Source of the DNA: Candidatus Bathyarchaeota archaeon
Lineage (GTDB): Archaea > Thermoproteota > Bathyarchaeia > TCS64
DNA: 64,000 bases
Direction: 5' to 3'
NCBI GenBank assembly: GCA_043826455.1
Contig: JBDRQD010000048.1
Coordinates: 32,001 to 96,000, forward strand
Positions 45,700 to 55,825 of this stretch are shown one piece after another. Below the pieces are notes generated by a model. That model did no database searches. It had not been told where the DNA came from and saw only the letters and a list, made by a program, of their open reading frames with translations. Both the position numbers and the translations under genes were made by a program. Position 1 is the stretch's first letter, and each line of letters begins with the position of its first letter.

Positions 45700-47241
45700 A
45701 TGATATTGATGTCAAGCGACCTGTCAAAGCAGTACCAGGCACTACTTGAACGATCCAAGGAGCTGGCCGTCATAGGCTCAGCCGGCGCCATACTCAACTG
45801 GGACATGGAGACCAAGATGCCCCCCGGAGCCGTGGAGCTCAAGAGCCAGCAGCTGGCCTTCATCCAGAAGGTGGGCCACCAGAGGCTCACTGACCCCGAG
45901 AACGGGCGCACCCTGGACGCCATAGAGAAGCACCCGGGCTACGAGGGCCTAACACAGCTTCAGAAGAGGAACGTCCACCTGGCGCGGAAGGCCTACGACG
46001 AGAACACCAAGCTCCCCGAGGAGCTGGTTGTGGAGATCGCCAGGCACCAGACCGTGGCGGTGAACACCTGGAAGCGGGCCAAGGCGGCCAAGGACTATGC
46101 CATGTTCAAGCCCGACCTGGAGAAGATGATTGGGCTCCAGATGAGGCAGGCCGAGCTGCTGATGCCGGTGAAGGGCGCCAAGACCCCCTACGACGCGTTG
46201 ATAGACAACTTCGAGCCCAGGATGACCGCCGACAACATCACCAGGCTCTTCGACGAGATGAAGAAGGGCTTGAAGAAGGTTCTTGACAAGATCACTGCCC
46301 AGCCCAAGCCGGACACAGAGTTCCTGAAACGCAGAGTACCGGCGGCCACCCAGGAGAAGATAGCCGACAGCATCGCCGAGTTCCTCAACTACGACACAAA
46401 GTCGGACAAGGCGTCGGGCAGGATCGACACCACTGAGCACCCCTTCACCACCGGCTACTACACCGACGTCAGGATCACCACACATTACCATGAGGCCCAG
46501 TTCGCCTCCAGCCTCTTCAGCGTCCTCCACGAGGCCGGCCACGCCCTCTACGAGCTGGGACTACCCCGTGACTGGATGTACCAGCCAGTGGGCTCATCGA
46601 CCAGCTACGGCGTCCACGAGTCCATGAGCAGGTTCGTGGAGAACTACGTGGGCCGCAGTCCGGAGTTCTGGGCCCACTACCTGCCCGTCCTGAAGAAGCT
46701 GACGGGCAAGACCCTAAAGGATGTGAGCCTGGAGCAGATGGTGAAGGCCGTCAACTATGTGACGCCAAGCAAGATCAGGATAGAGGCGGATGAGGTCACA
46801 TACGGGCTCCACATAGTCATCCGGTTCGAGATGGAGAGGGACATCTTCGCCGGGAAGCTGACCGTGGACGAGCTGCCGGAGGCGTGGAACCAGAAGTACA
46901 GGGACTACCTGGGCGTCGAGGTCGAGCACGACAGCGAGGGAGTCATGCAGGACACCCACTGGGCCATCGGCTACTTCGGGTACTTCCCCAGCTACGCCCT
47001 GGGCAACCTCTACGACGGCATCTGGACCCAGAAGCTGGGCAGGGACATACCCGACTGGAGGACCAGGATCAGTGAGGGCGGCTTCAGTGAGGTGAAGGAC
47101 TGGCTCACCGAGAACGTGTATAGGTACGGCAACCTCTACGACCCCGAGGATCTGGTGAAGCACGTCACCGGGAAGCCGCTACAGGTGAAGCCCTTCATAG
47201 CGTACCTGGAAAAGAAGTTCCAGGCCCTCTACGGCTACTAG
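45700..47241 (+). CDS. Carboxypeptidase M32 (Taq-type)
   Basis: HPF, DVRIT, HEAGH, HESMS, IRIEADE, QDTHW, GYFPSY. Confidence 0.95.
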   Translation: MILMSSDLSKQYQALLERSKELAVIGSAGAILNWDMETKMPPGAVELKSQQLAFIQKVGHQRLTDPENGRTLDAIEKHPGYEGLTQLQKRNVHLARKAYDENTKLPEELVVEIARHQTVAVNTWKRAKAAKDYAMFKPDLEKMIGLQMRQAELLMPVKGAKTPYDALIDNFEPRMTADNITRLFDEMKKGLKKVLDKITAQPKPDTEFLKRRVPAATQEKIADSIAEFLNYDTKSDKASGRIDTTEHPFTTGYYTDVRITTHYHEAQFASSLFSVLHEAGHALYELGLPRDWMYQPVGSSTSYGVHESMSRFVENYVGRSPEFWAHYLPVLKKLTGKTLKDVSLEQMVKAVNYVTPSKIRIEADEVTYGLHIVIRFEMERDIFAGKLTVDELPEAWNQKYRDYLGVEVEHDSEGVMQDTHWAIGYFGYFPSYALGNLYDGIWTQKLGRDIPDWRTRISEGGFSEVKDWLTENVYRYGNLYDPEDLVKHVTGKPLQVKPFIAYLEKKFQALYGY

Positions 47242-48206
47242 CTCTTCTTATCCCACACTCTCTGGGTGCCCTCGAGCTCCCACCGGATTATCTCGTCCAG
47301 GTCCGTTGACCCGTACATCTCCATGAGCTGCTCCTCGGGCAGCACCTCCAGCTCCAGTCGCCTCCAACGAGATACGCCGACTAGTTCGTTGAACTCGGCC
47401 CAGCTCACACCCATCCCGGCCAGCTGCTTGACGTCCCTATGCTCTTTAAGCACCCTCAGGCTGTCCACCATGGCCTTGGTGGCGGAGTAGAGGCAGATCA
47501 TGGGGACAGATAGGTATTTTACACCCAACCTCTCCATGTCGCCGATCTCGAAGGGCGGCGTCTTGCCCCCGGGGATGATGTTGAAGGCCAGTGGAGCCGG
47601 CACCGTATCCACCAGAGTCTCAACCTCCTGGAGGCTCTGGGGCGCCTCAACGTACACGTAGTCGGCCCCCGCCTCTGCGTAGGCAGTGGCCCGCTTCAGG
47701 GCGTCCTCGAAGCCGTTGACGGTCCTGGCGTCGGTCCTCGCCCCCACCACCATGTCCGGGTTCTCCTCGTCCCGGCCCTTCAACGCGGCAGCCACCTTCT
47801 GGAGCATCTCCTCCACCGGGACGACCTGCTTGCCGGCCATGTGGCCGCACCGCTTGGGCCAAGTTTGGTCCTCGACTCTGACGCCGGCGGCGCCGACCCT
47901 GGCGAAGTTCTTCACGGTCCAGTACACGTTCAACGCGTTGCCGTACCCTGTGTCCACGTCTACGTCCACGGGCAGGCTCACCGCGTTCACTATGGTTCGG
48001 GTGCGCTCCAGCATCTCGTGGTACCCGATGAGGCCCATGTCGGGTTGCCCGATGAGTGAAGCCGATATGCCGTAGCCTGAGGTCCCCACCGCGGTGAACT
48101 CCGCCTTCTCTATGAGAACGGCTGACAGCGCGTCGTAGGCGCACGGCCGGAGCAGGAGCCCGGGCCGCCCCAGAAGCTCCCTGAACCTTTTTCCCTTCGA
48201 AGCCAT
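47238..48206 (-). CDS. Isocitrate lyase/PEP mutase family (2-methylisocitrate lyase-like)
   Basis: YDALSA, DVDTGYG, EDQTWPKRCGH, ARTDA. Confidence 0.9.
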   Translation of the reverse strand: MASKGKRFRELLGRPGLLLRPCAYDALSAVLIEKAEFTAVGTSGYGISASLIGQPDMGLIGYHEMLERTRTIVNAVSLPVDVDVDTGYGNALNVYWTVKNFARVGAAGVRVEDQTWPKRCGHMAGKQVVPVEEMLQKVAAALKGRDEENPDMVVGARTDARTVNGFEDALKRATAYAEAGADYVYVEAPQSLQEVETLVDTVPAPLAFNIIPGGKTPPFEIGDMERLGVKYLSVPMICLYSATKAMVDSLRVLKEHRDVKQLAGMGVSWAEFNELVGVSRWRRLELEVLPEEQLMEMYGSTDLDEIIRWELEGTQRVWDKKS

Positions 48207-48251
48207 GGTTGAAGGTGAGCCTGAGCCGTATTAATGGTTGCGTGATGCGTG

Positions 48252-48590
48252 TCACGTGGGCCTCTTCACGTGGATGGCGTGCTGGCTTCCCACGTTGTGA
48301 CAGCTTAACGCGGTCTCCGCCTCCTCGTCGGTACAACCGACCAGCAGCTTGGTCTCCACGTCGCCCTTCAGCAGGTCGACGGCGCAGATGACGCCCGTTA
48401 CTGCCCCGCCTTTCAGGCCCCCCACCCAAACGTCTACACCGGCCCCGTCCCCGGAAACCGTGCCCTCCAAGTAGCCGTAGTCGAGAGGGTAAACAAAGTC
48501 TTGGTACACCTTGTGGCGGCTTCCCTTAGGGCCGTTTATTACTAGTCTGTGAGTCGACACAAGCCTGTCCAGACCACTCCAGTAGTCCAT
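48252..48590 (-). CDS. Short inorganic pyrophosphatase-like protein
   Basis: PKGSRH, YPLDYGYLEGTVSGDGAGVDV. Confidence 0.75.
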   Translation of the reverse strand: MDYWSGLDRLVSTHRLVINGPKGSRHKVYQDFVYPLDYGYLEGTVSGDGAGVDVWVGGLKGGAVTGVICAVDLLKGDVETKLLVGCTDEEAETALSCHNVGSQHAIHVKRPT

Positions 48591-48641
48591 CTTTCCTCAC
48601 AGTTTCATTCATATTCCACGTATACGTATTTTCCCTCCGAG

Positions 48642-49604
48642 ATGAGCCTCCCCCCAGAGTTCAGGGCCAGCTACAGGAAGCAGAAGTACAGGCTGGTGGG
48701 CGCACACAGCGCCGTGAAGACGTGCCACTGGGTGCGCCGCAGCCTCAACACGGGGGGCCAGGAGAACTGCTACAAGAACAGGTTCTACGGGGTGCCGACA
48801 CACCGCTGCCTCCAGATGACCCCCAGCCTGGGCCACTGTACCCAGAGCTGCCTCTTCTGCTGGCGGGCCACCCCGGAGACGCTGGGCGTATCATGGGACC
48901 AGACCAGGGACATAGCTGACCCGGAGGACCCGGACAGCGTCGTAGATGGTGCGCTGGCTGCCCACAGGAAGGCCATGAACGGTTTCGGAGGCAACCCCAA
49001 CGTGGAGAAGAGGCTGCTGGACGAGGCTAGGAAGCCGCTCCACGCGGCCATCAGCCTGGAGGGAGAGCCGACACTATACCCGCGGCTTGGTGAACTCGTT
49101 GACTCGTTCAAGAGTAAAGGGTTCAAGTCGGTGTTCATAGTCACCAACGGCACCAGACCCGACGTGCTACAGAGCCTGAGCGCGGAGCCATCGCAGCTCT
49201 ATGTGAGCCTCTGCGCCCCCGACGAGGAGACATACAGCAGGGTCTGCAGGCCCATGGCGAAGGACGGGTGGGGTAGGGTAATGGAGACCGTGGAGCTCCT
49301 GCAGTCCTTCAGCTGTCCCACGGTGCTCAGGCACACCCTGGTGCCCGGCTTGAACATGGTGAACCCCGGGGGCTACGCCAGGCTGGCTGAGCAGTCCAAC
49401 GCCACCTACCTGGAGCCCAAGGCGGCCATGTCCGTGGGGGCTGCCAGGGCTAGGTTCGGGTACGACGAGATGGCCTGGTTCGAGGATGTGCAGAGGTTCG
49501 CTGCATTGATCGCTGAGGAGTGCAGCTACAGGGTGGTGGACGAGCACAGGTGGAGCAGCATAGTGCTTCTGAGCAGGCTGGATAAGCCCATCAGGTTGTA
49601 CTAA
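48642..49604 (+). CDS. taw1: 4-demethylwyosine synthase Taw1/TYW1 (radical SAM)
   Basis: HSAVKTCHW, CYKNRFYG, HRCLQMTP, CTQSCLFCWR, ISLEGEPTLYP. Confidence 0.93.
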   Translation: MSLPPEFRASYRKQKYRLVGAHSAVKTCHWVRRSLNTGGQENCYKNRFYGVPTHRCLQMTPSLGHCTQSCLFCWRATPETLGVSWDQTRDIADPEDPDSVVDGALAAHRKAMNGFGGNPNVEKRLLDEARKPLHAAISLEGEPTLYPRLGELVDSFKSKGFKSVFIVTNGTRPDVLQSLSAEPSQLYVSLCAPDEETYSRVCRPMAKDGWGRVMETVELLQSFSCPTVLRHTLVPGLNMVNPGGYARLAEQSNATYLEPKAAMSVGAARARFGYDEMAWFEDVQRFAALIAEECSYRVVDEHRWSSIVLLSRLDKPIRLY

Positions 49605-49638
49605 GCGTTAATAGCCAACGTTCGCGTATGGGTTCAGT

Positions 49639-50115
49639 ATGATCGATAAAATCGGCGTGAAGACCACCATCCGGGAGCTGGTGGCCTACAAGACGTTAAA
49701 GCCGGGGGAGAACGAGGTGGCGGAGTGCGCCAAGCTGAACAGGGTCCTCTATGAGCGGGGGGCCAAGCCCAAGGACCCCACCATGGTGCTCTTCTACGAC
49801 CCCAAGGACGAGCCCGGGTGCAGGCGCGAGGTGATTATCCCCATCGACAGGGAGGTGGAGGGGGTGGACACCAAGATGATGCCCGAGATCAAGGTGGCAT
49901 TCCTGGTGTTCATAGGCACCAGCAGGCCTGTGGAGTACTACTACGAGGAGCTTTACAGGTATGTTGAGGAGCGGGGCCTGAAGCCTTCATCTGAGATGTG
50001 CAGCATCGAGGCCGTGTACCAGCCTGCGGAGTACGGGCTGAGTTACGGCAGCTTTATCGATGAGGATACTCCGGAGCACTGGTCGACGGAGATCATGATC
50101 CCGGTCCAGGAGTAA
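49639..50115 (+). CDS. GyrI-like small-molecule-binding protein
   Basis: Duplicated beta-alpha pattern ending EVIIPI and TEIMIPV. Confidence 0.65.
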   Translation: MIDKIGVKTTIRELVAYKTLKPGENEVAECAKLNRVLYERGAKPKDPTMVLFYDPKDEPGCRREVIIPIDREVEGVDTKMMPEIKVAFLVFIGTSRPVEYYYEELYRYVEERGLKPSSEMCSIEAVYQPAEYGLSYGSFIDEDTPEHWSTEIMIPVQE

Positions 50116-50151
50116 ACTCTTTTAATCTCATGTTTGTTCTTGTTTGCCTGC

Positions 50152-50225
50152 GCGACCGTAGTCTAGTGGTAGGATCTTGGCCTTCCAAGCCAATAACCCG
50201 GGTTCAAATCCCGGCGGTCGCACCA
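50152..50225 (+). tRNA. tRNA-Gly(TCC), CCA encoded
   Basis: GCGACCG...TTGGC CTTCCAA GCCAA...GGTTCAAATCC...CGGTCGC A CCA. Confidence 0.95.
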
Positions 50226-50502
50226 ATTGTTTCCTTTTTTCAATGGTTCTGGGTTGAGATGTTTTGTTGTTTGTGTGCGCGTGGGGGGGAGGGGGGGGTC
50301 CCATCACCGCCACCGCTTTTCCCTGTTTTTAGGCTTGTTTTGTGTTTTAGGGGGTTTTTATGGGTTTTCTGGTGGCGGTGGAGGGCGGCGGTGTCCGCCG
50401 TGTTCTTTGCTCGCCCAGGTGTTAGGGGGGCCGTCGTGGCGGGTGTGGTTTCGTGAACTTCACTCCTAGGACATATAACTGGCGCAGGTGAATACAGACC
50501 CC

Positions 50503-51228
50503 ATGGGTCACAGGATCAGGGCAGTCACCTTCGACCTCTGGAACACGTTGATAGAGGTGGTCAGCTACACTGATGATAGGGTTGAGGCGCTTCACAGGGC
50601 TGCTGCCGGGGCCGGATTCGGGGGGCCTGTGGAGGCGGCTTTGGAGGCCTACCGGGGCTCGACGCTGATGTACGAGCGTGAATGGAGGACGCGGCACGTC
50701 CAGGTGGACTCGGGGGCGAGGCTGGACTATATGGTGGAGAAGCTGGGCGTCGAGATGGACGGAGAGGAGAAGGCGGCCCTGATCCGGGAGTTCGAGGACG
50801 TGTTCCTTAGGCACCCTCCGCCTCTGAAGCCTGGTGCATTGGAGGCGGTTAGAGCACTTTCGGGCAGGTACGGGCTCGGCGTGATCAGTGACACGGGCAT
50901 CACGCCGGGCAGGGTAATGCGGCGATACCTACAGGACAGGGGTCTCCTAAGTCACTTCAAGTCGCTGGTGTTCAGCGACGAGACGGGCCTCTGCAAGCCT
51001 CACCCACAAGTCTTCAGACGCGCCTTGGAGGAGCTGAGGGCCAAACCGTGTGAGGCGGTTCACGTTGGTGACCTCCTGCGGACGGATGTGGCAGGGGCCA
51101 AGGCCGCGGGGTTGACGGCGGTGTGGGTGAGGAGCCCGCGCCAGGATGGGGAAACCGACGCTGAGCCGGATTATATCATCGATTCGCTGCATGAGCTGCC
51201 GGGGATCATCGAGTCAATGAGCCGCTGA
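50503..51228 (+). CDS. HAD-superfamily hydrolase
   Basis: FDLWNTL, ISDT, KP, HVGD...DV. Confidence 0.9.
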   Translation: MGHRIRAVTFDLWNTLIEVVSYTDDRVEALHRAAAGAGFGGPVEAALEAYRGSTLMYEREWRTRHVQVDSGARLDYMVEKLGVEMDGEEKAALIREFEDVFLRHPPPLKPGALEAVRALSGRYGLGVISDTGITPGRVMRRYLQDRGLLSHFKSLVFSDETGLCKPHPQVFRRALEELRAKPCEAVHVGDLLRTDVAGAKAAGLTAVWVRSPRQDGETDAEPDYIIDSLHELPGIIESMSR

Positions 51229-51254
51229 ACTTCATATACTGGGGCCCACCATAC

Positions 51255-51977
51255 ATGGGTAGCTTGATAAGGGCAGTCACCTTCGATCTGTGGAACACGC
51301 TGGTGCACAACAGGAACTACGGGGAGTTCAGGCGGCCCAGGCTGGGGGAGTTTCTGAGGGCTAACGGCGTGGAGCTGGATGAAGCCCGTCTCCTAGATGT
51401 CTACCAGGCCGGTTTCAGGTACAGTTCGGAGCTTCACAGGGAGACGGGCCGCAGGCATGTGCAAACCGATGAGATCGTGGGCCACGTCATGGAGCAGGTG
51501 GGGCTCAGGGACAGGTGCGACTGGACGCCGGTGGTGGACGCCTACGAGGAGGCCGTACTGGGCGACCCGCCGAAGCTGAAGGAGGGTGCCCGGGAGACCT
51601 TGGAGGCACTGCACGGCAGGGTCCGGATCGGCCTAATAAGTGACACCGGGACTAGCCCGGGCCGCGTCATCCGCCGAATCCTAGGTGAGTACAGCGTCCT
51701 GCATTATTTTGATGTAACGGTGTTCAGCGACGAGGTTGGGTACTGCAAGCCCAACGACATTGTATTCAGGACAGCCCTGGAGGCGCTGGGAGTGGAGCCC
51801 GGGGAGGCCCTACACGTGGGCGACCTGATCAAGTCCGACATCGTCGGCGCCAAGAGGGCTGGAATGCGCACGGCGTGGCTCAAGACGGGGGAACAGGAAT
51901 ACGCGCCCGAGGACGCCCCCGATTACGTTATTATGAGCCTCACGGAGCTCATCGGGATCGTCGGAGCCGTGGGATGA
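51255..51977 (+). CDS. HAD-superfamily hydrolase (tandem paralog)
   Basis: FDLWNTL, ISDT, KP, HVGD...DI. Confidence 0.9.
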   Translation: MGSLIRAVTFDLWNTLVHNRNYGEFRRPRLGEFLRANGVELDEARLLDVYQAGFRYSSELHRETGRRHVQTDEIVGHVMEQVGLRDRCDWTPVVDAYEEAVLGDPPKLKEGARETLEALHGRVRIGLISDTGTSPGRVIRRILGEYSVLHYFDVTVFSDEVGYCKPNDIVFRTALEALGVEPGEALHVGDLIKSDIVGAKRAGMRTAWLKTGEQEYAPEDAPDYVIMSLTELIGIVGAVG

Positions 51978-52581
51978 ACCTGCCCGTCGTCTCCGCGTAG
52001 CGCCTGTACTCGTCTCCGAATCGGGAGACCAGCAACGCCTCCTCGGTGTCCACCAGGTTGACGTAGCCCGGCACAGCGATTAATGGTACCATTACCGCCG
52101 GGTTATTGACTAACAGCGCCAGCCCTGTAAACATGATGAAGTAGCCCGAGTAGGAGGGGTGCCTCACGTACTTGTAGGGACCCCAGGTCACCAGCCTGTG
52201 GTCGTCGGGCATCTCCCAGGAGACCGAGTACCTTCCCCGGGCCACCACGCTCCAGACGAACAGCAGGACCCCAGCGGCGATGAAGGCGAGGCCGAGGCTA
52301 CCTAAAGCTGCCTGAAACTCGCCTAATGGTACCATTATTAGTGGGATAGGGTCGCCGCCACCGAGCAGCCCCAGAAAACCATAGGCAACAGCCTCAACCA
52401 TGAAGATAATGGTACCAATAGACGCCAACATGGTCCAAAGGTTGCCCGGGCTAGGCACCTCAGCGTACCTCTCCTTCCCCCGGCGCACCCTCTGACCAAC
52501 GACGACGTTGTGGAGGTTCACCCCGAAGAAGAGGGCGAGGAGCCCCAGAAGCGCAGCTGAGGCGGCGAAACCGGGCACCAC
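51949..52581 (-). CDS. Isoprenylcysteine carboxyl methyltransferase/PEMT-family membrane protein
   Basis: LVTWGPYKYVRHPSY, EEALLVSRFGDEY. Confidence 0.88.
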   Translation of the reverse strand: MVPGFAASAALLGLLALFFGVNLHNVVVGQRVRRGKERYAEVPSPGNLWTMLASIGTIIFMVEAVAYGFLGLLGGGDPIPLIMVPLGEFQAALGSLGLAFIAAGVLLFVWSVVARGRYSVSWEMPDDHRLVTWGPYKYVRHPSYSGYFIMFTGLALLVNNPAVMVPLIAVPGYVNLVDTEEALLVSRFGDEYRRYAETTGRFIPRLRRSR

Positions 52582-52631
52582 AGCACTTGAGGAGACAGAT
52601 GAGGCTTTTATTCAAATCGGAGACAAGAGGC

Positions 52632-54092
52632 TCAGCCTCCGTCAACGTAGACGTTCATCCGTGTCTCGTCGCAGGTGAAACCGTAGCCCGCTGCGTTCAG
52701 CTCCTCCATGGACAACCTGAGCCAGTCACCGAAGCCTCCGCTGCGCGTGTTGTCAGGGTCCATGCTGGAGGTGCCGCCCCACCCGTTGTCCTCGCACACG
52801 GCGCATAGGATATGCTTGGAGCCCCAGTAGTCAACGGCCACGGGGTCGGTGCTCGCGGCCACGACGCCTACATATGTTGCCTCGCTGTAGGTGGCCCTGG
52901 GCCCCGCCCCCGGCCTAGCGTTTACATAGATAGCGTCCACTATGTTCAGGTCCGGGACCCTGGTCTGCGCCATCAGAGTGCCCATACCTCCGCTGCCTAC
53001 CGAACTATGGGCCCTGTAGCCCAGATCCCTGGTGAGCCTGTCGGAGGTCACCCCCATGTAGTGTTTGACGGCGCCTGTGACACCGAATATGCCGTGGGTC
53101 TTGAGGACTGGGACGTTGATGACCTTCAGCTTTCCCGGGTCGTAGTCGTCCTCCCCGGGCAGGTAGACGCCGTGCCGGAAGCTGACCATGGTGCCGTACT
53201 CGGTGGTGAACTTGGGGTAAGCCGATATGGATGAGGTTGACGTGGCCACCCTGGTGGAAACCACGTAGCCGTCCTCCAAGTCCCCATCAGCGAACTCCGA
53301 GACCACCGTGGCGGTGATACTGTCCCAGAGGTAGGCTGATACCCTGTGCTCAGGCTTGAAGCCGTTGACCACGTCCACCATGGACTGGCCGCGGTCCTGA
53401 GCGTTGCTGCTGCCCCAGTCCAGGCTGCCGCCTCCTCCAGCGGAGCCGTACTGGGCCTGCCCGTTATCCGCAACCACCACCTCTCCCTTGAAGCCGTCCG
53501 GGTGCTCAACTATGGCCTGAATAATGCTCTTCACTAGGTCCGTGTTGGTTCCTCCCCGCTGATCCCACTGACTGTTAACCTTGATGAGAACCACATCGTC
53601 GGCAGAGAAGAGCCCCTCAGGTCCGTTCAGGGACCCATGCTTGGCTGACCTGTAGAACTTGAGACCGTTACCGGCCATGACGTTCAGAAGCCTCTCCACC
53701 ACGTCGTCGGCGCCGTTTGTGCCGGTGACCACGTAAATGTCAGATGCTGGTGACGTCGAAGCCCTCATGGGGCTCAGCTCCAACTGGGAACCTGGGACCA
53801 TATCTGTTTCACCTACCATTAGATGCCGGTAACCTATATACCCGCCACCGACAACCAAGAGCCCGGCGACCAGAAACACCAGCCTCCTGTCGCTGAGCCT
53901 CTCCCCTATGGAGCCGACGTGAAGAACCGGGTACGCGTACGTGATGAGCCACAGGTTGGCGTTCACCTGCGCGGCCCTCTGGCAAGGATACACGGCCCTA
54001 GAAGGCTTCAGGCCCGACCTGACGAGAAACCATACGAGGCACAGCAGCCCGTAAATGAAGAAGCCGCGCCTGAGCCTACCTGATTGCATCAC
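52632..54092 (-). CDS. DUF362-domain membrane-anchored protein
   Basis: VLIKVN, INVPVLKTH, GVTGAVKHYMG, IVDA, DPVAVD; N-terminal KPSRAVYPCQR plus TM. Confidence 0.8.
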   Translation of the reverse strand: MMQSGRLRRGFFIYGLLCLVWFLVRSGLKPSRAVYPCQRAAQVNANLWLITYAYPVLHVGSIGERLSDRRLVFLVAGLLVVGGGYIGYRHLMVGETDMVPGSQLELSPMRASTSPASDIYVVTGTNGADDVVERLLNVMAGNGLKFYRSAKHGSLNGPEGLFSADDVVLIKVNSQWDQRGGTNTDLVKSIIQAIVEHPDGFKGEVVVADNGQAQYGSAGGGGSLDWGSSNAQDRGQSMVDVVNGFKPEHRVSAYLWDSITATVVSEFADGDLEDGYVVSTRVATSTSSISAYPKFTTEYGTMVSFRHGVYLPGEDDYDPGKLKVINVPVLKTHGIFGVTGAVKHYMGVTSDRLTRDLGYRAHSSVGSGGMGTLMAQTRVPDLNIVDAIYVNARPGAGPRATYSEATYVGVVAASTDPVAVDYWGSKHILCAVCEDNGWGGTSSMDPDNTRSGGFGDWLRLSMEELNAAGYGFTCDETRMNVYVDGG

Positions 54093-54187
54093 CTTGTCTA
54101 AACATGTGGCACCTTATCATAGTAATTGATGAAGGGCCATGACACCCCAGGATCGGTTTATATTGCTGAAGCCGAGTGGGGTTACCC

Positions 54188-55111
54188 ATGATCAGCAGGG
54201 TCGGCATCCCCGTGGTGGACGCCCACAGCCACTACTTCAGCTCAGGCACCCTGAAGGCGTGGGCCGAGCGGGGCAGAACCATGGACAGCTTCACCAGCAG
54301 GCTCAACACCCGCACCGACATGAAGAGCATCGAGATACCCGATCAGAACTGGGACACGGCCCAGAGGTGGGTGGACGAGCTGGACAGGTACGGCGTCCAG
54401 GCCATGGGGGTCATGGTGGGCAGGGAAGCCTACGACGAGTTCCAAGTGACCATGAAGCGGTTCCCGGGCAGGTTCATCGGGTACGCCAACATAAGTCCCT
54501 TCGATGAGGACGCCGCTGAGCAGGTGAGGCGCGCGGCCCGGGACGGCTTAAAGGGCATCAAGCTGTACCCCTCCAGCTGGAAGGACATGAAGGTGTACGA
54601 CGAGCCCCTGTACCCAGTATACGAGGAGTGCAGACGCAGCAAAATGGTCGTCTTCCTCCACTTTGGCATCACCATAGGCGGCCAAGCCGACCTAAGAAAC
54701 GGCAACCCCATAGACATCCAGGTGCCCAGCCGCGACTTCCCCGAACTCAAGTTCATCATAGCCCACTTCGGGGCCGGCTTCTTCCGTGAGGTCCTCCTCA
54801 TGCAGTACCAGGCCGACAACGTGTACATGGATAGCAGCGGCAGCAACAGCTGGATGAAGTACATGCCCTACGACCTGGACCTGAAACAGATATTCAGGAA
54901 AGCCGTCCAGGCCGGTGGCAGCCACAAGGTCCTCTTCGGCACCGACAGCACCTTCTTCCCCCGGGGCTGGAGGATCAACATCCTGGAGGCTCAGCACCAG
55001 GCCTGCACCGCGTTGAAGGCCGACGGGGTCCTCAAGGACGATGACATCCTCAAGATATTCGGCGGCAACATCCTGGACCTCACCGGCTTCAAGCCGGCCT
55101 CAACACTTTAA
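54188..55111 (+). CDS. Amidohydrolase-2 family metal-dependent hydrolase
   Basis: DAHSH, GIKLYP, FLHFG, IAHFG, LFGTD. Confidence 0.88.
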   Translation: MISRVGIPVVDAHSHYFSSGTLKAWAERGRTMDSFTSRLNTRTDMKSIEIPDQNWDTAQRWVDELDRYGVQAMGVMVGREAYDEFQVTMKRFPGRFIGYANISPFDEDAAEQVRRAARDGLKGIKLYPSSWKDMKVYDEPLYPVYEECRRSKMVVFLHFGITIGGQADLRNGNPIDIQVPSRDFPELKFIIAHFGAGFFREVLLMQYQADNVYMDSSGSNSWMKYMPYDLDLKQIFRKAVQAGGSHKVLFGTDSTFFPRGWRINILEAQHQACTALKADGVLKDDDILKIFGGNILDLTGFKPASTL

Positions 55112-55135
55112 ACCGGGGCCGCCGATCCTTCACTG

Positions 55136-55825
55136 ATGCCCCGAAGAAGACGAGGCTACCCAGTTGCAGTCCTCATAGGTCTCAACCAGGACCACGCCAC
55201 CCTGTGGGACGTTTTCAGCGAGTCCGTGAAGCCGGGGCCAAAAGTGTACGAGGCGTCAAAATATGCCCTCCACGAGGCCATCGTCAACCACCTCAGGCCA
55301 AGGTTCAGCGAAGGGGTGAAGACCGTGCTGGCGGCCGCCGAGAATGGAGACCTCTACGAAGGTTTCATGGCTCACATTAGGAAGCACCACAGTTGGCTAC
55401 TGAAGGGCTGGGAGCTCAACACGGTCACCTTCATCCGCCTAGAGGAACCGGCATCCGACGCGGAGGAGGTGAGGCGCCTGGTCTCGACTCCCATGTTCAA
55501 GTCAAAGCTATTGGAGGCGTCGGAGGGTGACCTGAACCAGGTGATGGGGGCCCTGGAGCGGCGGCTCAGCAGCCCGGAGGGAATTGAAACCGTGGTGTTC
55601 AGCCTTGAGGACGCGGAGGCCGCGGTCTACAGTGAAGCACCCCCCGAGTACCTGCTGGTGCTGGAGGCCTTCCAGAGGAAGCACGCGAGGAGAACCATGA
55701 GGCTTCTGCAGGTGGCCCAGAACCGGAACGTCAAGACAAGGGTGATCCCAGCAGGATCATCTCACACCGCGAGGCTGTCCCAGTTCGGTGGCCTCGTGTG
55801 CATGTTGAGAGATGAGCCCCGGTAA
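55136..55825 (+). CDS. Pelota/aRF1-like middle and C-terminal domain protein
   Basis: Starts with a beta-hairpin VAVLIGL..HATLW; ends RLSQFGGLVCMLR, like the L..xGGi.a.LR end of eRF1 domain 3. Confidence 0.55.
   Translation: MPRRRRGYPVAVLIGLNQDHATLWDVFSESVKPGPKVYEASKYALHEAIVNHLRPRFSEGVKTVLAAAENGDLYEGFMAHIRKHHSWLLKGWELNTVTFIRLEEPASDAEEVRRLVSTPMFKSKLLEASEGDLNQVMGALERRLSSPEGIETVVFSLEDAEAAVYSEAPPEYLLVLEAFQRKHARRTMRLLQVAQNRNVKTRVIPAGSSHTARLSQFGGLVCMLRDEPR

Noticed and set aside
42385..51977. Tandem GNAT and HAD paralog pairs as a special system
   Set aside because: Ordinary local duplications of common families.
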